Below, one piece after another: positions 50,401 to 58,753 of a stretch of DNA of 64,000 nucleotides. Each line of letters begins with the position of its first letter. Positions within the stretch are counted from its first letter, which is position 1. Under the pieces are notes generated by a model. The model was not told where the DNA came from and did not search any database. It was given only the letters and a program-made list of their open reading frames with translations. A program made the position numbers and the translations under genes. Source of the DNA: Lytechinus pictus (lineage: Eukaryota); assembly GCF_037042905.1 (NCBI RefSeq), contig NC_087251.1, forward strand, positions 29,204,001 through 29,268,000. The letters are read 5' to 3'.

Positions 50401-50519
50401 GATAACATGGCTAAATAAGAAAACGCCTACCGTACCTTTTTTTGCTGTCTTTCCCAATCCGGATCCAAAAGACCTTTATGATCCCATTCTTCTTCTTGCT
50501 TCATATATTCCCCGGCCAT
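2371..50519 (-). CDS. ACTN: Alpha-actinin gene, 5' portion (N-terminal extension, CH1, start of CH2); spliced, continues beyond position 1
   Basis: Exons join in frame with GT-AG boundaries to give ...YMKQEEEWD...WERQQ(R/K)K / [12 protein letters not shown]...KLVSIGAE / [29 protein letters not shown] / D..A(K/R)DGLLLWC.RKTAPY.NV.I..FH, the hallmark alpha-actinin actin-binding domain. Confidence 0.97.
2690..2903. mobile_element. MITE with CACAGTAAAA termini and TA flanks, between the two alternative actinin exons
   Basis: ta|cacagtaaaaacgctgtttaaa ... tttaaacagcaattttactgtg|ta. Confidence 0.8.
3023..3110 (-). CDS. ACTN: Alpha-actinin alternative CH2-start exon A ([29 protein letters not shown])
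   Basis: 88 nt, acceptor ...tgcaatgtag, donor AG|GTAAAC, phase 1-2, open frame. Confidence 0.93.
3935..4053. mobile_element. Second, diverged copy of the 1624-1772 MITE family
   Basis: tacctcattcacatttg ... caaatgtgactgaggca with TTA on both flanks. Confidence 0.8.
4862..5056. repeat. Non-autonomous element with degenerate TTAGGG-like internal repeats; related copy at about 30000-30150
   Basis: tgacaattgctcc ... gcaaatgtcatg ends; internal gggttagggttgggtt/agggttaggttt; similar 3' end at 30130-30150. Confidence 0.55.
6177..6334. mobile_element. Degenerate Harbinger-like MITE
   Basis: cag|ggccccaatcgca ... tgcaatgtggtc|ctg; internal ccatggtaac/agccaatcag motifs shared with elements at about 56130-56285 and 62750-62915. 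Confidence 0.5.
6478..6564 (-). CDS. ACTN: Alpha-actinin exon ending CH1 ([29 protein letters not shown])
   Basis: Poly-T tract plus CAG acceptor, donor G|GTGGGG, 87 nt, phase 1-1. Confidence 0.97.
6763..6982. mobile_element. Harbinger-like MITE rich in ttgcaatcaat motifs; inverted copy at 60975-61187
   Basis: ggggtgttgtaagaaa ... tttcttgcaatgcccc imperfect TIRs; matches the reverse complement of 60975-61187. Confidence 0.7.
7572..7806 (-). CDS. ACTN: Alpha-actinin CH1 exon ([78 protein letters not shown])
   Basis: Acceptor ...ctctctgaatacag, donor G|GTATGA, 235 nt; conserved CH1 sequence. Confidence 0.97.
9447..9526. mobile_element. Miniature TTAA-flanked (piggyBac-like) element
   Basis: ttaa|cccattgcctactg ... 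cagtagtcaactgg|ttaa imperfect inverted ends. Confidence 0.55.
10555..10878. mobile_element. Diverged partial copy of the 31005-31492 MITE family
   Basis: Shares gtgaggacaca, cgctactc, tgcctacg, ttcccatagcaacaagat.gctttac.tgaagtg and aatgctagc blocks in the same order. Confidence 0.7.
11434..11824. mobile_element. Harbinger-like MITE
   Basis: Perfect TIR TACCCCTTTCATAAACCCAATAAAACA; flanks TTA/TAA; internal ttatccgcat repeats. Confidence 0.85.
16284..16346. mobile_element. Minimal MITE, essentially two TIRs; same terminus ends a longer element at about 12975-12995
   Basis: aggcatattcagaccgcct ... aggtggtctgaatacacct. Confidence 0.6.
16726..17115. mobile_element. Harbinger-like MITE
   Basis: agggccgtctgcaccagcc ... 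ggctggtgcagcaccgcct; internal tagcgcgcta and gggattattt repeats. Confidence 0.7.
17290..17456. mobile_element. Palindromic MITE with about 60-bp arms and CTG target duplication; fragment at about 18940-19030
   Basis: gtttcataaaactgatcgtaagttaagagcgactttaagaacgact ... agtcgttcttaaagtcgctcataacttacgaacagctttatgaaac; CTG on both flanks. Confidence 0.85.
18691..18882. mobile_element. Tc1/mariner-like MITE
   Basis: ta|cagtggtattaaatagttgaaccccaccagaaaat ... attttctggtggggttcacaaactttttagcaccacta|ta. Confidence 0.75.
20743..21502. mobile_element. Non-autonomous piggyBac-like element
   Basis: ttga|ccctaattctaggccgggg ... ccccggcctagatagg|ttaa; GC-rich subterminal blocks. Confidence 0.75.
22035..22256. 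repeat. MITE fragment with clustered TGACGCT/AGCGTCA motifs abutting the Sola2-like left end
   Basis: About eight tgacgct/agcgtca copies ending in ttatgaaatgggccccag, a terminus like the other CWG-flanked MITEs; no partner TIR seen. Confidence 0.55.
22283..28603 (+). mobile_element. Autonomous-looking Sola2-like cut-and-paste DNA transposon, antisense within actinin intron 1
   Basis: Perfect 31-bp TIRs AGGGGTCAAAACCACTATCTCGGCGCAATTG (22283-22313 and 28573-28603); internal transposase ORF; repeated subterminal motifs; left end reads GAG (Sola2 ends are GRG). No clear TSD. Confidence 0.88.
24260..26824 (+). CDS. 854-aa DDD-type transposase, Sola2-like
   Basis: Uninterrupted ORF; motifs MDFAENY (D480)...EVQSAYW...[11 protein letters not shown] (D557)...[18 protein letters not shown] (D599); CLCQKH and CYCQSC Cys motifs; basic, coiled-coil-like N-terminus. 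Family assignment is from recalled motifs. Confidence 0.85.
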   Translation: MARSRAEIQAAYRQRKRQKMGENAYLQAERQRVKKYYKPVDTLTKKRVQERRTQVNRRVRKHRDRVRRVRQEMEQRRNMNIDDVGYTADDDSAISDISPDISNQLGLTIKMPFQKPRRKRVSRCLSKAHRNIEQLTLKLQAAKKDKTRLKKRCERLQNKVMTSMPTRKEVKNTPRSRTNSQLEDEGIDPSRVPSIRKRLLFSNAMMEEIQGSSNTSRKMSDRRILHQLVAGSKVLKKYRLLKLLRTETGLGRRNLSKANKHTKSTQQSRPTWTSLHLEVVEFLHRDDVSRMCPGKKDSSKGKDGTKCQKRYLTDYLSNLHERYLAETDGKRKISLSAFNRVRRTLCPHIKPVQFASRDLCLCQKHQNVALKLKALQSLGGTVNDNPDEFIKEHNEAQVDILLNNLQSEQIQFDEWSRVEVDGRKKIKIIRISQSKPDFIKRFQKEIQEFRQHVVRIKNQFRALLDCKNSLKPDECIIQMDFAENYVCVPLEEVQSAYWCQDGVTLHPIVVYFRNDGNELVHQSFAAVSDDRNHNTSTILAILKELIPHLHKVHYWTDSPTSQYRNKTMFSLVSEHADIFDGIHAQWNYFESGHGKGPCDGIGGTIKRLADTAVKRRAAVIQDAYDFFAWASQERHECSGSKINFFFVAKGDCAAGSLLIAERWSSVKTFPGTMQMHAVIGHDNGVLLRKLSCYCQSCYGSREEGQVETMCEGWKHNRLLYRSTTMSTTGASVTPQSPSNTSMSENDESSPTTNEASSGTYGVDDWVAAVYDKQWYIGKVLKFDSSDIHIDFMAKCSGTHTGGKYKWPVKKDAIWVAWDKVLCHITPCFCDTSQRIVTLSPEQKALIEEAFKAVV
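31005..31492. mobile_element. Harbinger-like MITE
   Basis: About 35-bp TIR gactctgttctcactaccgtcctaaaactagttt / aaactagttttaggaaggtagtgagaacaaggtc. Confidence 0.8.
33480..33980. mobile_element. Old inverted-repeat element with about 70-bp imperfect arms
   Basis: 33480-33550 (gttcaatgtccattttcaaatttaaacagcaatatgaatcatgattgaaa) is approximately the reverse complement of 33910-33978. Confidence 0.6.
35390..35851. repeat. Truncated non-autonomous DNA element with repeated GGGGTCT..GGAAC motifs
   Basis: ggggtctaaggaact-like motif recurs about five times; ends in gagtgcccccccccgg; GC-rich against its background. Confidence 0.55.
36553..37137. mobile_element. Kolobok-like MITE
   Basis: aggacaagtcca.ccc ... 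gggtggacttgacct|ttaa; long imperfect arms containing gaaaatttcatcaaaatc.gatgtaaaataag. Confidence 0.8.
38600..39453. mobile_element. Helentron-associated (HINE/DINE-like) element with about four 165-180-bp internal tandem units
   Basis: Subterminal inverted repeat gtctc(a/g)cctgcat (38620) / atgcaggcgagac (39439); terminal hairpin gtctcgc...gcgagac; tgacctttgacc units at about 38743, 38917, 39084 and 39263. Confidence 0.75.
39596..39870 (+). mobile_element. tRNA-derived SINE
   Basis: tRNA-like head with B-box gggttcaattcc, central ctcaacccaggt...aaatgggtacc block, tail ending ataaat...tattattatt. Confidence 0.8.
40162..40730. mobile_element. Second copy of the same Helentron-like family (about three units)
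   Basis: aacaagcggaacgcctctggcagtctcgcctgcat start; units at about 40296, 40465 and 40628; degenerate end ctatagt...caggcaagacaa. Confidence 0.75.
41621..42478. mobile_element. Tc1/mariner-like non-autonomous element just downstream of actinin exon 1b
   Basis: ta|cagagcgtataaaataaaagtatacactttgaaa ... tttcaaagtgta...ttttttattgatacacactg|ta. Confidence 0.75.
42769..42894 (-). CDS. ACTN: Alpha-actinin proximal first coding exon (1b), [42 protein letters not shown]
   Basis: Matches the actinin N-terminal motif [20 protein letters not shown]; 126 nt, phase-0 donor AAG|GTAGGT. Confidence 0.95.
42895..43860 (-). promoter_or_regulatory. Putative promoter/5' UTR of actinin exon 1b
   Basis: CpG-rich against a CpG-poor background; ETS-type CCGGAAGTG at 43071-43079; perfect CArG box CCATATTTGG at 43702-43711. 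Confidence 0.55.
44640..45878. mobile_element. Older Tc1/mariner-like element interrupted by the 44907-45486 MITE
   Basis: Right end ggtttcgttttatttgggacgcgctg|ta; internal inverted match tgatacctcaatcacagaaaatt (44738) / aatttttctgtgattgaagtatca (45597); left terminus not seen. Confidence 0.6.
44907..45486. mobile_element. Young Kolobok-like MITE with about 190-bp near-perfect inverted arms and TTAA duplication
   Basis: ttaa|agggatggtccgggctgaaagtatttatagcttaataaat ... atttattaagctataaatactttcagcccggaccatccct|ttaa. Confidence 0.92.
50436..50519 (-). CDS. ACTN: Alpha-actinin distal first coding exon (1a), [28 protein letters not shown]
   Basis: 84-nt open frame from ATG at 50519 to phase-0 donor AAG|GTACGG; clear homolog of the exon at 42769-42894; lies in a CpG-rich region. 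Not in the ORF track. Confidence 0.85.
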
Positions 50520-51200
50520 TTCGCCCTAAATGACTTCTGAGAGATTATTTCCAAAAAAATTGCCAAAGTTCGAGGATGTTGACAAGTTAATCCAAAACGT
50601 GTAACAATTTATGTAAATTCCAGGCGAGCAGATAATTGTTACAGAATTCACAGATATCAGTATAAAACTCCTACTCGATTTGACTATGCACGGATTGCGC
50701 GCGCGCAAACGGCGGGTTCTCTTTGCATTCGAATGTACGGTAGTTGCAGTTGCAATATCGTAAAGTCAACAGGTGGTCATGGATGCAATGGTGGTGGTAT
50801 GCGCTAATTATTGCACGGCGGAGTACAAATCATTATAACCGCACCCCTGCTCGTGTCAGAAAAGCCAATCAAAATCCCGAATGCTCAATGAATGACGCTC
50901 TGTATAAATAGCGAATAAATAGACTAATAATAGGCAAGAGCGTGATGGTATGGGAGTTCGAATGAGGTGAAAAACGCGGAAAAGGGGGTGTTTTTCGTGG
51001 GTTGTAGGCCTCGGAACGTGAATACAAAACATGCACACACAAAAAAATGAGAAAAAGCCCCTTGAATCACGATAACCTAAAACCCGGGCCTAAAACACGA
51101 TGTACTTTAATTTGCACCGACGGGACCGACTGCGGGGCCGACGATATGCCCTTCCAGCTAGACCCGAATCCCGCGGCCCCAATCCACAACAAACAAGGAA
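50520..51200 (-). promoter_or_regulatory. Putative promoter/5' UTR of actinin exon 1a
   Basis: CpG-rich stretch (gcgcgcgcgc at about 50697); AGCCAATC CCAAT box at 50863-50870. Confidence 0.5.
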
Positions 51201-51426
51201 CAAATTAAATAAAACCATAAAAAACTCAGCTCAAGTTTGAGCGTGCAAAAATTGGTAGGGTAGTGGAGGGGGAGGGGGTGGGGGCAATGACAAGCATGTC
51301 CTTCCATACACTTTCTGACTATATATAATACATGTCAAACATATTGCTAGTTCGGTTGTTTTTGTTTTTCTTGTTCAGTATTAAAAGATTAAGGGGATCC
51401 CTTCATTTGTACTTTGGGGGTAATTT

Positions 51427-51585
51427 CATTGGCGGCGGAAGCCAAAACTTTTAGGGAAGTCCACCTGAATTTAGGGGGGATCGACGTAGGAAACAAAATT
51501 GACATGCAAAAAAAAAAGTTACCAACAAAAAAAATAGGGGGGACAGGACCCCCCCCCCCCCCCCCCCCCCGCTTCGCCGCCTATG
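51427..51585. mobile_element. hAT-like MITE
   Basis: cattggcggcggaagc ... gcttcgccgcctatg with 8-bp flanks ggtaattt / gataattt (7/8 match). Confidence 0.75.
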
Positions 51586-52351
51586 GATAATTTGATACAT
51601 CAACTGTTTGCACAATTCACCGCCCGTCATCTGCCACAAAATTATGCGAGACGCGACTTCCGGGTTCAGGGAAATGTCCCCATTAACCCATTACGAAATT
51701 TCAATTATATTTGTTTTTCTTTCGTGCGTTGTTTATACCCAAGACATTTGAAATATACTACTCAATACTATAGTATAGGCCTATGTAGGATAACATTTAT
51801 CAAACTATGTCGGCTCCCAATCGGGGGGGGGGGAGCCCGGTGAGTATTCCTGGGGGTGACAGAATAGATGGTGCCAGGTCTGCCTCTTAGGGCCCCTGGG
51901 AACGATTTTTATGTGGGGGTACTGATGTAAATTTGAAAAGCAAAAAAAAAGGGGGGGTCACAACTAAATGAGCACCCCCGCTTCCCAGGGCCATGCTGCC
52001 TCTTTACTGATTTGTTATTTTCGGTTAAGAAATAAACTTGGACACAAATCACCCGAACACTTTTTCATGTCGTAAGGCTGTATAACACTCTGTATACTCT
52101 TTATTTTGGACAGAACGGTATCGACTCGAGCGCATTTTCTTCAGGGGAAACCTGATTTAATACTAAAATTATACTGCCATTTTCCTTTTTGGAAATAGTT
52201 TTCAGATGTAGAATATAATACAAATAATCAGTTCTTGATTTCCGATGGAGATACAAACACACTTCCTCAGCAAGCTGGATGTACACGCCCCGTACACGCT
52301 TCGGAAAGAGAGTTATAATACTTGAGACAGATCGCCCATCAGCTCACCAGT

Positions 52352-54060
52352 CAGGGCCGTCTAAACTGGAGGGGGTGGGGTAATTAAGCCCCCCCCCCCC
52401 ACTAATTTGGATATTGTCGGGAACTCAGCGCTGCAGTCGGGGGAAAATGAAGAAAAGGGGAAAGAGGAAAAAAGGGAGAAAGAGGAATAAAGAAGGGAGA
52501 AAGCGGAAAAGGAAGGGAGAAAGAGGAAAGAAAAGGGGGGAAAAGAGAAAGAGACAAAAAAAGAAAAAAAATGAAAGAAAAAAGAGAGGAAGGAAGGAAT
52601 AAATAAGGGACAAAGAGAAAGAGGGAAACAAACTGAAGGAGAAAAATCAGAGAGAGAAGAGAACGGGGTAGACAAGGTTTTAATTAGGTAAACCTGTGTG
52701 TCGGTGTAATTAAAGATGAGGAGTCACAGATTGCTGGACCATGGACCTGTCGGGAAAATGACAAACGCAGGTCTGTTCAACTGTTCCATATAGGCTACCT
52801 TGTTTTTGCTTGGTGTTTGACCAGTTTCATTATCTTTGTCGGTAGAATGATGTCTGTCACATTGCATACTGCTATCGTTAAATTGTGATATTTTTTTTCG
52901 CAATGCGAACGTGGGAGCTCTTTGTACCGATAATGATAATCATCCTGGTTTAAGTTCTAAATCTCAAAAGAAAAAAAAATCAGCTCGCGCTTCGCACTCG
53001 CATTATATATCTATTGAGATCCATATCCTCTCCAAAATTTTCTTTCATGTTGGCCAGTGCTTAAATTTCCCTCAGAATAGGCCTATAAAAAATTTCATCT
53101 CTTGCTTCGCATACATCCAGTTTATTAAATTGCATATGCCACATTTTTTTTCTTATATAAAACGTGTGATGATATTCAGTTTTTAAATCAAAATGTTAAG
53201 TTTTTAAGTCAAAATATCAAAAATTTGTACCGACAGTGATAAGAATGCACCGGCTTAACCCTCTCACGTCCCTGGTCTAAATCAATTTTTTTAAATCAGC
53301 TCGCGCTCGCATAATTATATTAAGGGAGATCGATATTCCCTCAACAATTTCCTGCATGTTGGGCAGTGCTTAAAATTTCCCTTTGGATCAGTACTACACC
53401 AACAATTTCAGCTCGCGCTTCGCATGTTTTTTGATATACACATCTTGTTCAATTACAGATGCAGAAACTTATTTTTTTTTTAATGTAAAACGTGTAAAAA
53501 TGTTAGTTTTCAAATTAAAATTTTCAGCTCGAATCATTTAGTGATACCTTTCTTTTTCATGATAACATAAACTGCATGGAATGTTCGATTTTTAGTCTGA
53601 ATTTGATTAGATACCAACCGTGTTCATTATTGCAAAAAGTGTTAAGAATGTCATATTTTCAGGTTGTAAAATAAAAAAAAAAGCTCGCACTTCGCGATTG
53701 TTTACTGTGTTCGTTGTTTAAAACGTGCTTAAGCCTACCCAGTCCAGGTTTCAGCTCGGACACCTTTTTTTTCAGCTCGCGCTTTGCACTCGCTCTATTT
53801 GATAAGTGATAAATGTATTCTATTTATGAGTAACGGCAAACAGATAATTAACATGTCCTTTTTCAGAACAATTAATCAAAAGTTTCAGCCCGCGCTCGCA
53901 TGCATTGTTATGTACGCACATTCCACTTTTCTAGTCGGAAATGAAAAAAAAAATCAGCTCGCATCAAAATGTTTGGTGAATATATCAATCCTCTTCATGA
54001 TATTTTTTTTTTGATGTCCTTTTTAGTTCTAAATCTGCAAAAATTCAGCTGTTTTTTTTA
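52352..54060. repeat. Composite repeat: cagggccgtc start, purine (GA) tract 52440-52670, then degenerate tandem units anchored by cagctcgcgcttcgc
   Basis: cagctcgc(gcttcgc) recurs about ten times between 52980 and 54050. Confidence 0.65.
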
Positions 54061-54160
54061 AATAAAAAAATGTGCTTACTTAGTCAAGTTTTCAGGGCTT
54101 GGTGGTAAACTGTAAACATTTCTTGATTCTCTTTATCTCCTCCCTTTTGATGTTGATTCC

Positions 54161-54403
54161 CTCAACATGGTCTAAGTTCATTGACCCTAAATGACCTTAG
54201 CGCTTGGTAATGTAACATGGAACTCAGACAGGATGTTCAGTAATACTTGATTAACCTTATGTCCAAGTTTCATGAACTAGGTCCATATACTTTCTAAGTT
54301 ACATTGTCTATTAAAAAACTTAACCTTCGGTCAAGATTTGATGTTGACGCCGCCGTCGAGAAAGTGGCGCCTATAGTCTCGCTCTGCTATGCAGGCGAGA
54401 CAA
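54161..54403. mobile_element. Third, truncated copy of the Helentron-like family
   Basis: One unit plus the end gccgccgtcg...cctatagtctcgctctgctatgcaggcgagacaa, identical to 39420-39453. Confidence 0.75.
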
Positions 54404-54935
54404 TAAAATGACATTAATAAAATAACAAAATAAATTCAAACTTATATTGAAAATCTGCAACAGGTCAAGAATATAAAACAATGAACAAAAATTGAAAAAA
54501 ACTGTGTTAAATAAACTTTATTATCAATATTTCGCCCAAAACAATTCTTCAGAATGATATAATGATACAAAGCATGTTACTTTGAGAGCATTAACGTATA
54601 TACGTGTATATACATACACTCCCATAAAAATATGGTTAAAGTTTACAAGCAAGAATGTTTATCAGCATGAGAAAGAGGAATCCCTCTTGACCAAAGTAAC
54701 TTGAGAAAATGGGGAGAATTCACTGTTATAAGATGCCTTTTCTTTAATTCATTGATTCTACATGTTATCATTTTAATTCAACAGAATTAATCTACATTTA
54801 TTGTGTGTCATGGATAACCTCAACAATGAAGAAAGTTTCATTGACATTATGTAGTTTGGAACTTTGGATGTCTGATTTTATTTTTTTAACTCTCAACATA
54901 ATTTTTTTGCAAAGCTTGAAAATGACCAGTGATTT

Positions 54936-55182
54936 AACAAGTGTCGCTAAGGTGAGCACATAATACGCCCGCCTGTAACGCGGAAAATTGAGTTATTGGT
55001 CAAGCAAGAAAAGTGGAAGGTGGTGACTTCACCTTTAACCTCAAAATTAATAGGCTTCCTGGGATCCATGCTAGTATCATACACATCAAATTAAATGAGC
55101 CTGGGTGAAGTCAAACTGAAATTATCCTGTTTACAAGGAAAAGTTAACGGACGGAGGAACGGACACCGAGCGTGATACCATA
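54936..55182. repeat. Probable second Helentron-type non-autonomous family
   Basis: aacaag start, ataatacgccc motif, acggacgga microsatellite near the other end. Confidence 0.45.
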
Positions 55183-57292
55183 AAAAAATTCACTCCCTCC
55201 CTCGCAACCTCATTGAAAATGGAAGGGGTTTAAATTTACTCAATTTTGTATGAATTTTGAATGTAACAAGATAGCTTTAAAGACTTCCAATTGAACTGAA
55301 ATAGTTTGCATTACAAGAACATGAAGGCACATGAATATTTTCCTCTAATAAAAAGGAATGACCAGCAGTCAATGAATGACCAACCATAAACTAATAAATG
55401 AAATATTCAATGCCATAAAAGTGAAAGTCAAGCCACAAATGATTAAATTTGAGCAGAAGCAGAAAATATGTGAATAGCCAATCCGGGGTTACCTTTAGCA
55501 AATTTCAATGAAAGAATATGAATTTGAAAGTTATTATAGAAAATTGGCAACATAATTCACCTCCAAACTGCACCCCATAAATAAAATTTCATAGTTTTTT
55601 ATTCCTTGTTCTGTTAAAAAAAAATTAACCCATGAAGGAATGGGGTATGAATAAAAATACATTTTCAAATATCATAATCACATAAGGAACATGTATGATT
55701 GAAATAAAGAAAAACGAATTACTAGTAGTGCATTCTGTGTGGGCATGTTTTTTTTTTTAGTACTGAGCTAATGAGATGTTATTTTGAATCCCCGGGCTTT
55801 GAATGATGAGTTGCAAATTTTTGCTTTGCTAAAATGATAACTGTAACACTTAACTTTCAATACTCATTCTCAGAATTGCTCAAAATTTGCCTGAAATTAT
55901 ATACTGCTACAAATATATATTATCTGTATATTATGATCAAATATGTATGTATGTGTATATTTGTGGGTAATGCCAACAAAACAATTTCTTTGCAGAATAA
56001 TTAATTCATCTGCAATCTACAAATGACTTGTTCCTCCAGAATCTCCCGGAAAATAGGAATTACTGGTTTAATCACAAATCACTAAAAAAGTAGAAATACC
56101 TGTAGAGTATCTGACAAGAAGGTAGCCTGTGGGACAGTTTCATAAAAGTTGTCAGTGCTGACAAGTTGCCATATTTCCAACAATTACCATAGTAACAGTC
56201 AGACACATGCGCTTAAATGTGAACTAAGTAAATTTGTCATATTTGACAACTGTCCAGACAAAAAATGTTGATGAACTGCCCCCTGGAAGCTTCACGTTCA
56301 TCAGTATAAATCTTCATATACTTGGGGTAAAGGTTATTGAAAAAAAAAGGAAAATGACCACATCGTTGCAATTTTGTACAAAATCAAACATCTATTCAAG
56401 AGAAATTCCTTTTCAAAGTTTTCATGACATAATAATGATTTGTCAACTATGTGACATTGTGGAATACATATACTACTTGAACACTAATAGTTCTTGTATA
56501 GTGCGTATCACTCAAATTTCTCAAATAAACTTGAATACCTTCAGGGTGATTCTCTTTTGCATGTTTTCAGAGGGATCTAGAATGACTGCTCTCCTAAAAA
56601 TTCCCAATATGGAAGAGCAAAAAAATTCTTCATAAAGCTGATGGAGAATAGTGATTCTACTGACATCACATAGTTGACAACTCAAGAGGGTGGAATCTAT
56701 AAACTTTCAAAAATCATATCTCCAGAACAGTTATTCAATTTTGTCAACATTTTTATTGACTGCTTTTTGAACGCGAAGTTCAGTATGGCTTAGTTGACCT
56801 TCTATAAGTCAAATAACTGGCTGTGTGGAAGCAATTTTTCAGACAACGTACAAATCATGTACTGTTTACATAATCATCTTCAAGGGTGAATATCACTTGA
56901 AATGAAGAGGGTCTAGTTTCACAAAACTTATAACAAATTTTCAGTAACAGTTTAAAGCTACTGAAATCATCCAATTTGATTGGCCTATACTTAACTTGTT
57001 ATAGAAATAGTGCACTTGTTAATACAACAAGTCTTTTTTGAAAAAGGACCTAGATTTCTGTGGTCCAAAAAGATTTGACTTAGGCAGATTAATGATTCGT
57101 GTGTACGTGTTTCCTTTGTTAAATCCTCATTTTCTGATGAATGAGGATTGGTTATAATAATAGTAATGTGACTTACAAAGTGCCAAATCCACTCTGTTGA
57201 GTGCTCCAGGAGCATAAAGAAGTAAATTAAAAAGGTTTTTGGAAAAGATTGTTTCCCATACAAAGAAAAGCAAAAACACTTTTGCAAAGTTT

Positions 57293-58753
57293 CTAATCAG
57301 AATCACTGTCTTTTTGTCTTGAGTAACAGTTTGTGCTGCGATAATGTCTCTTTTTACCTGAACTGTTCAATTTAAACTTCTTAAAGCCATTCTTACTGCC
57401 ATCCTTGGTTTGACTTGATGCTTCAGTGTCCTTGCTACACCCAGCCGCTTCTACATTATTTGAACAAGCATGATTACTTCCCTTCGATGTGCTGGCCAGG
57501 TTTGAATTTGAAATGCTTTGACTTGATTTTGACTTTGGTGGCTTACTTTTCGTTTTCTTGGAACTAGTAGATGGTTTAGCACTAGTTTTTGAACTGCAGG
57601 ATGCTTCAGAGCCTGTGGCAGTAAGTTTTGGGACTCTCTTGGGCGAGTTTGAAGGTGAGGAAAGGTTGGACGGTGCTAATCTATTCATTAATGAAGCTGC
57701 AGGAGGCTCTCTCTGAGGACTCCTTGATGAAGGCAAAGATGAGGATGTTGCAGATCTACTAAATCCACCTGTTAAACTAGATATCTCCTCTAATGCTCGC
57801 ATCCTATGGCGGCGTAGTGAGGCAGCTCGCTGACGGGCAGAGTCTGTCCTTTGCCTGAGCTGGCCAACAATCGCAAGAAACTGTTCATTGTCATCAGACA
57901 TGCTAGAATCGCTGTCACTCACTGTCGTAATCCGTTCCTTCATCACACGGCTGAAGGCCAAACGCTGCTGCAAGCTTGATAGTCTATCCTTTTCCACCTG
58001 CGACGGGGAATTTCCCATAGATTTTCCAACCAAAGACCCATCCTTCCCTTTCTTACTCTTCTGACGCATGATGCGGCGTAATAGACGACTGCGATATCTC
58101 ATCACCAAGAAGTCCTCTGATTCATCACTACTACTAGAGGAATCACTAGAGCTCCTGCTCTGTTGTCTTCCTCTCCGCCTGCTGTCACTTGATTCATGAC
58201 TGGCCTGACTTGTGCTGCCTCTATCAACAGCATCCGATGTACTTGTCCTACTCCTGTCTTTCTGACCTCTCTTCTGCAATGATGGCCCACCAACACTCAA
58301 TCCAGGAGTATCGCTGCTGGTGCTCACATTCCTCTCTTTACGAGCCTTGGGCTTCACCTCAGCATTACTCAATTCACAATTTGTTGGATCACTGTCACTA
58401 TCACTGATCATTCCAAGTTCCGGAGGCAACAGTGATGGCATGACAGGACCATCCCTGTCAGAACTGTTCCCGTCATCACTGTGATCACGTACAAAGTGGA
58501 GGTACAAGCTATCTGGGCTCAAGGCACTATTATCTGAGGAATCGCTGCTGAAGCTGTGGTCAACCTCTCGCTGGATAAAGGAATCAAAGAAGGCAAGCAT
58601 CCTTGGGTCCTCATCTTTGGATTTGTCAGAGTAGTCATGGGAGAGAGCTGATCCTGAGCTTATCATCAAGTTGAAGTACTGCTGGCGGGTGAACATCTTC
58701 CTTGGGGATTCATTGCCATCAGACATCCCTGGCAATTTAATTGCACTCCAAAG
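57293..58753 (-). CDS. DCAF5: DCAF5 last coding exon: conserved EDPRMLAFFDS motif followed by a long Ser-rich low-complexity tail
   Basis: Acceptor tctctgtatattggcag at 58754-58756, in frame with the 480-aa ORF; stop at 57293. Confidence 0.93.
   Translation of the reverse strand, partial: LWSAIKLPGMSDGNESPRKMFTRQQYFNLMISSGSALSHDYSDKSKDEDPRMLAFFDSFIQREVDHSFSSDSSDNSALSPDSLYLHFVRDHSDDGNSSDRDGPVMPSLLPPELGMISDSDSDPTNCELSNAEVKPKARKERNVSTSSDTPGLSVGGPSLQKRGQKDRSRTSTSDAVDRGSTSQASHESSDSRRRGRQQSRSSSDSSSSSDESEDFLVMRYRSRLLRRIMRQKSKKGKDGSLVGKSMGNSPSQVEKDRLSSLQQRLAFSRVMKERITTVSDSDSSMSDDNEQFLAIVGQLRQRTDSARQRAASLRRHRMRALEEISSLTGGFSRSATSSSLPSSRSPQREPPAASLMNRLAPSNLSSPSNSPKRVPKLTATGSEASCSSKTSAKPSTSSKKTKSKPPKSKSSQSISNSNLASTSKGSNHACSNNVEAAGCSKDTEASSQTKDGSKNGFKKFKLNSSGKKRHYRSTNCYSRQKDSDSD

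Noticed and set aside
52361..52675. Phe/Ser-rich and Lys/Arg-rich ORFs on both strands
   Set aside because: Translations of a GA-rich low-complexity tract inside a repeat.
54517..54522. AATAAA on the minus strand as the DCAF5 poly(A) signal
   Set aside because: Several equivalent hexamers occur in this AT-rich region; cannot choose without transcript data.
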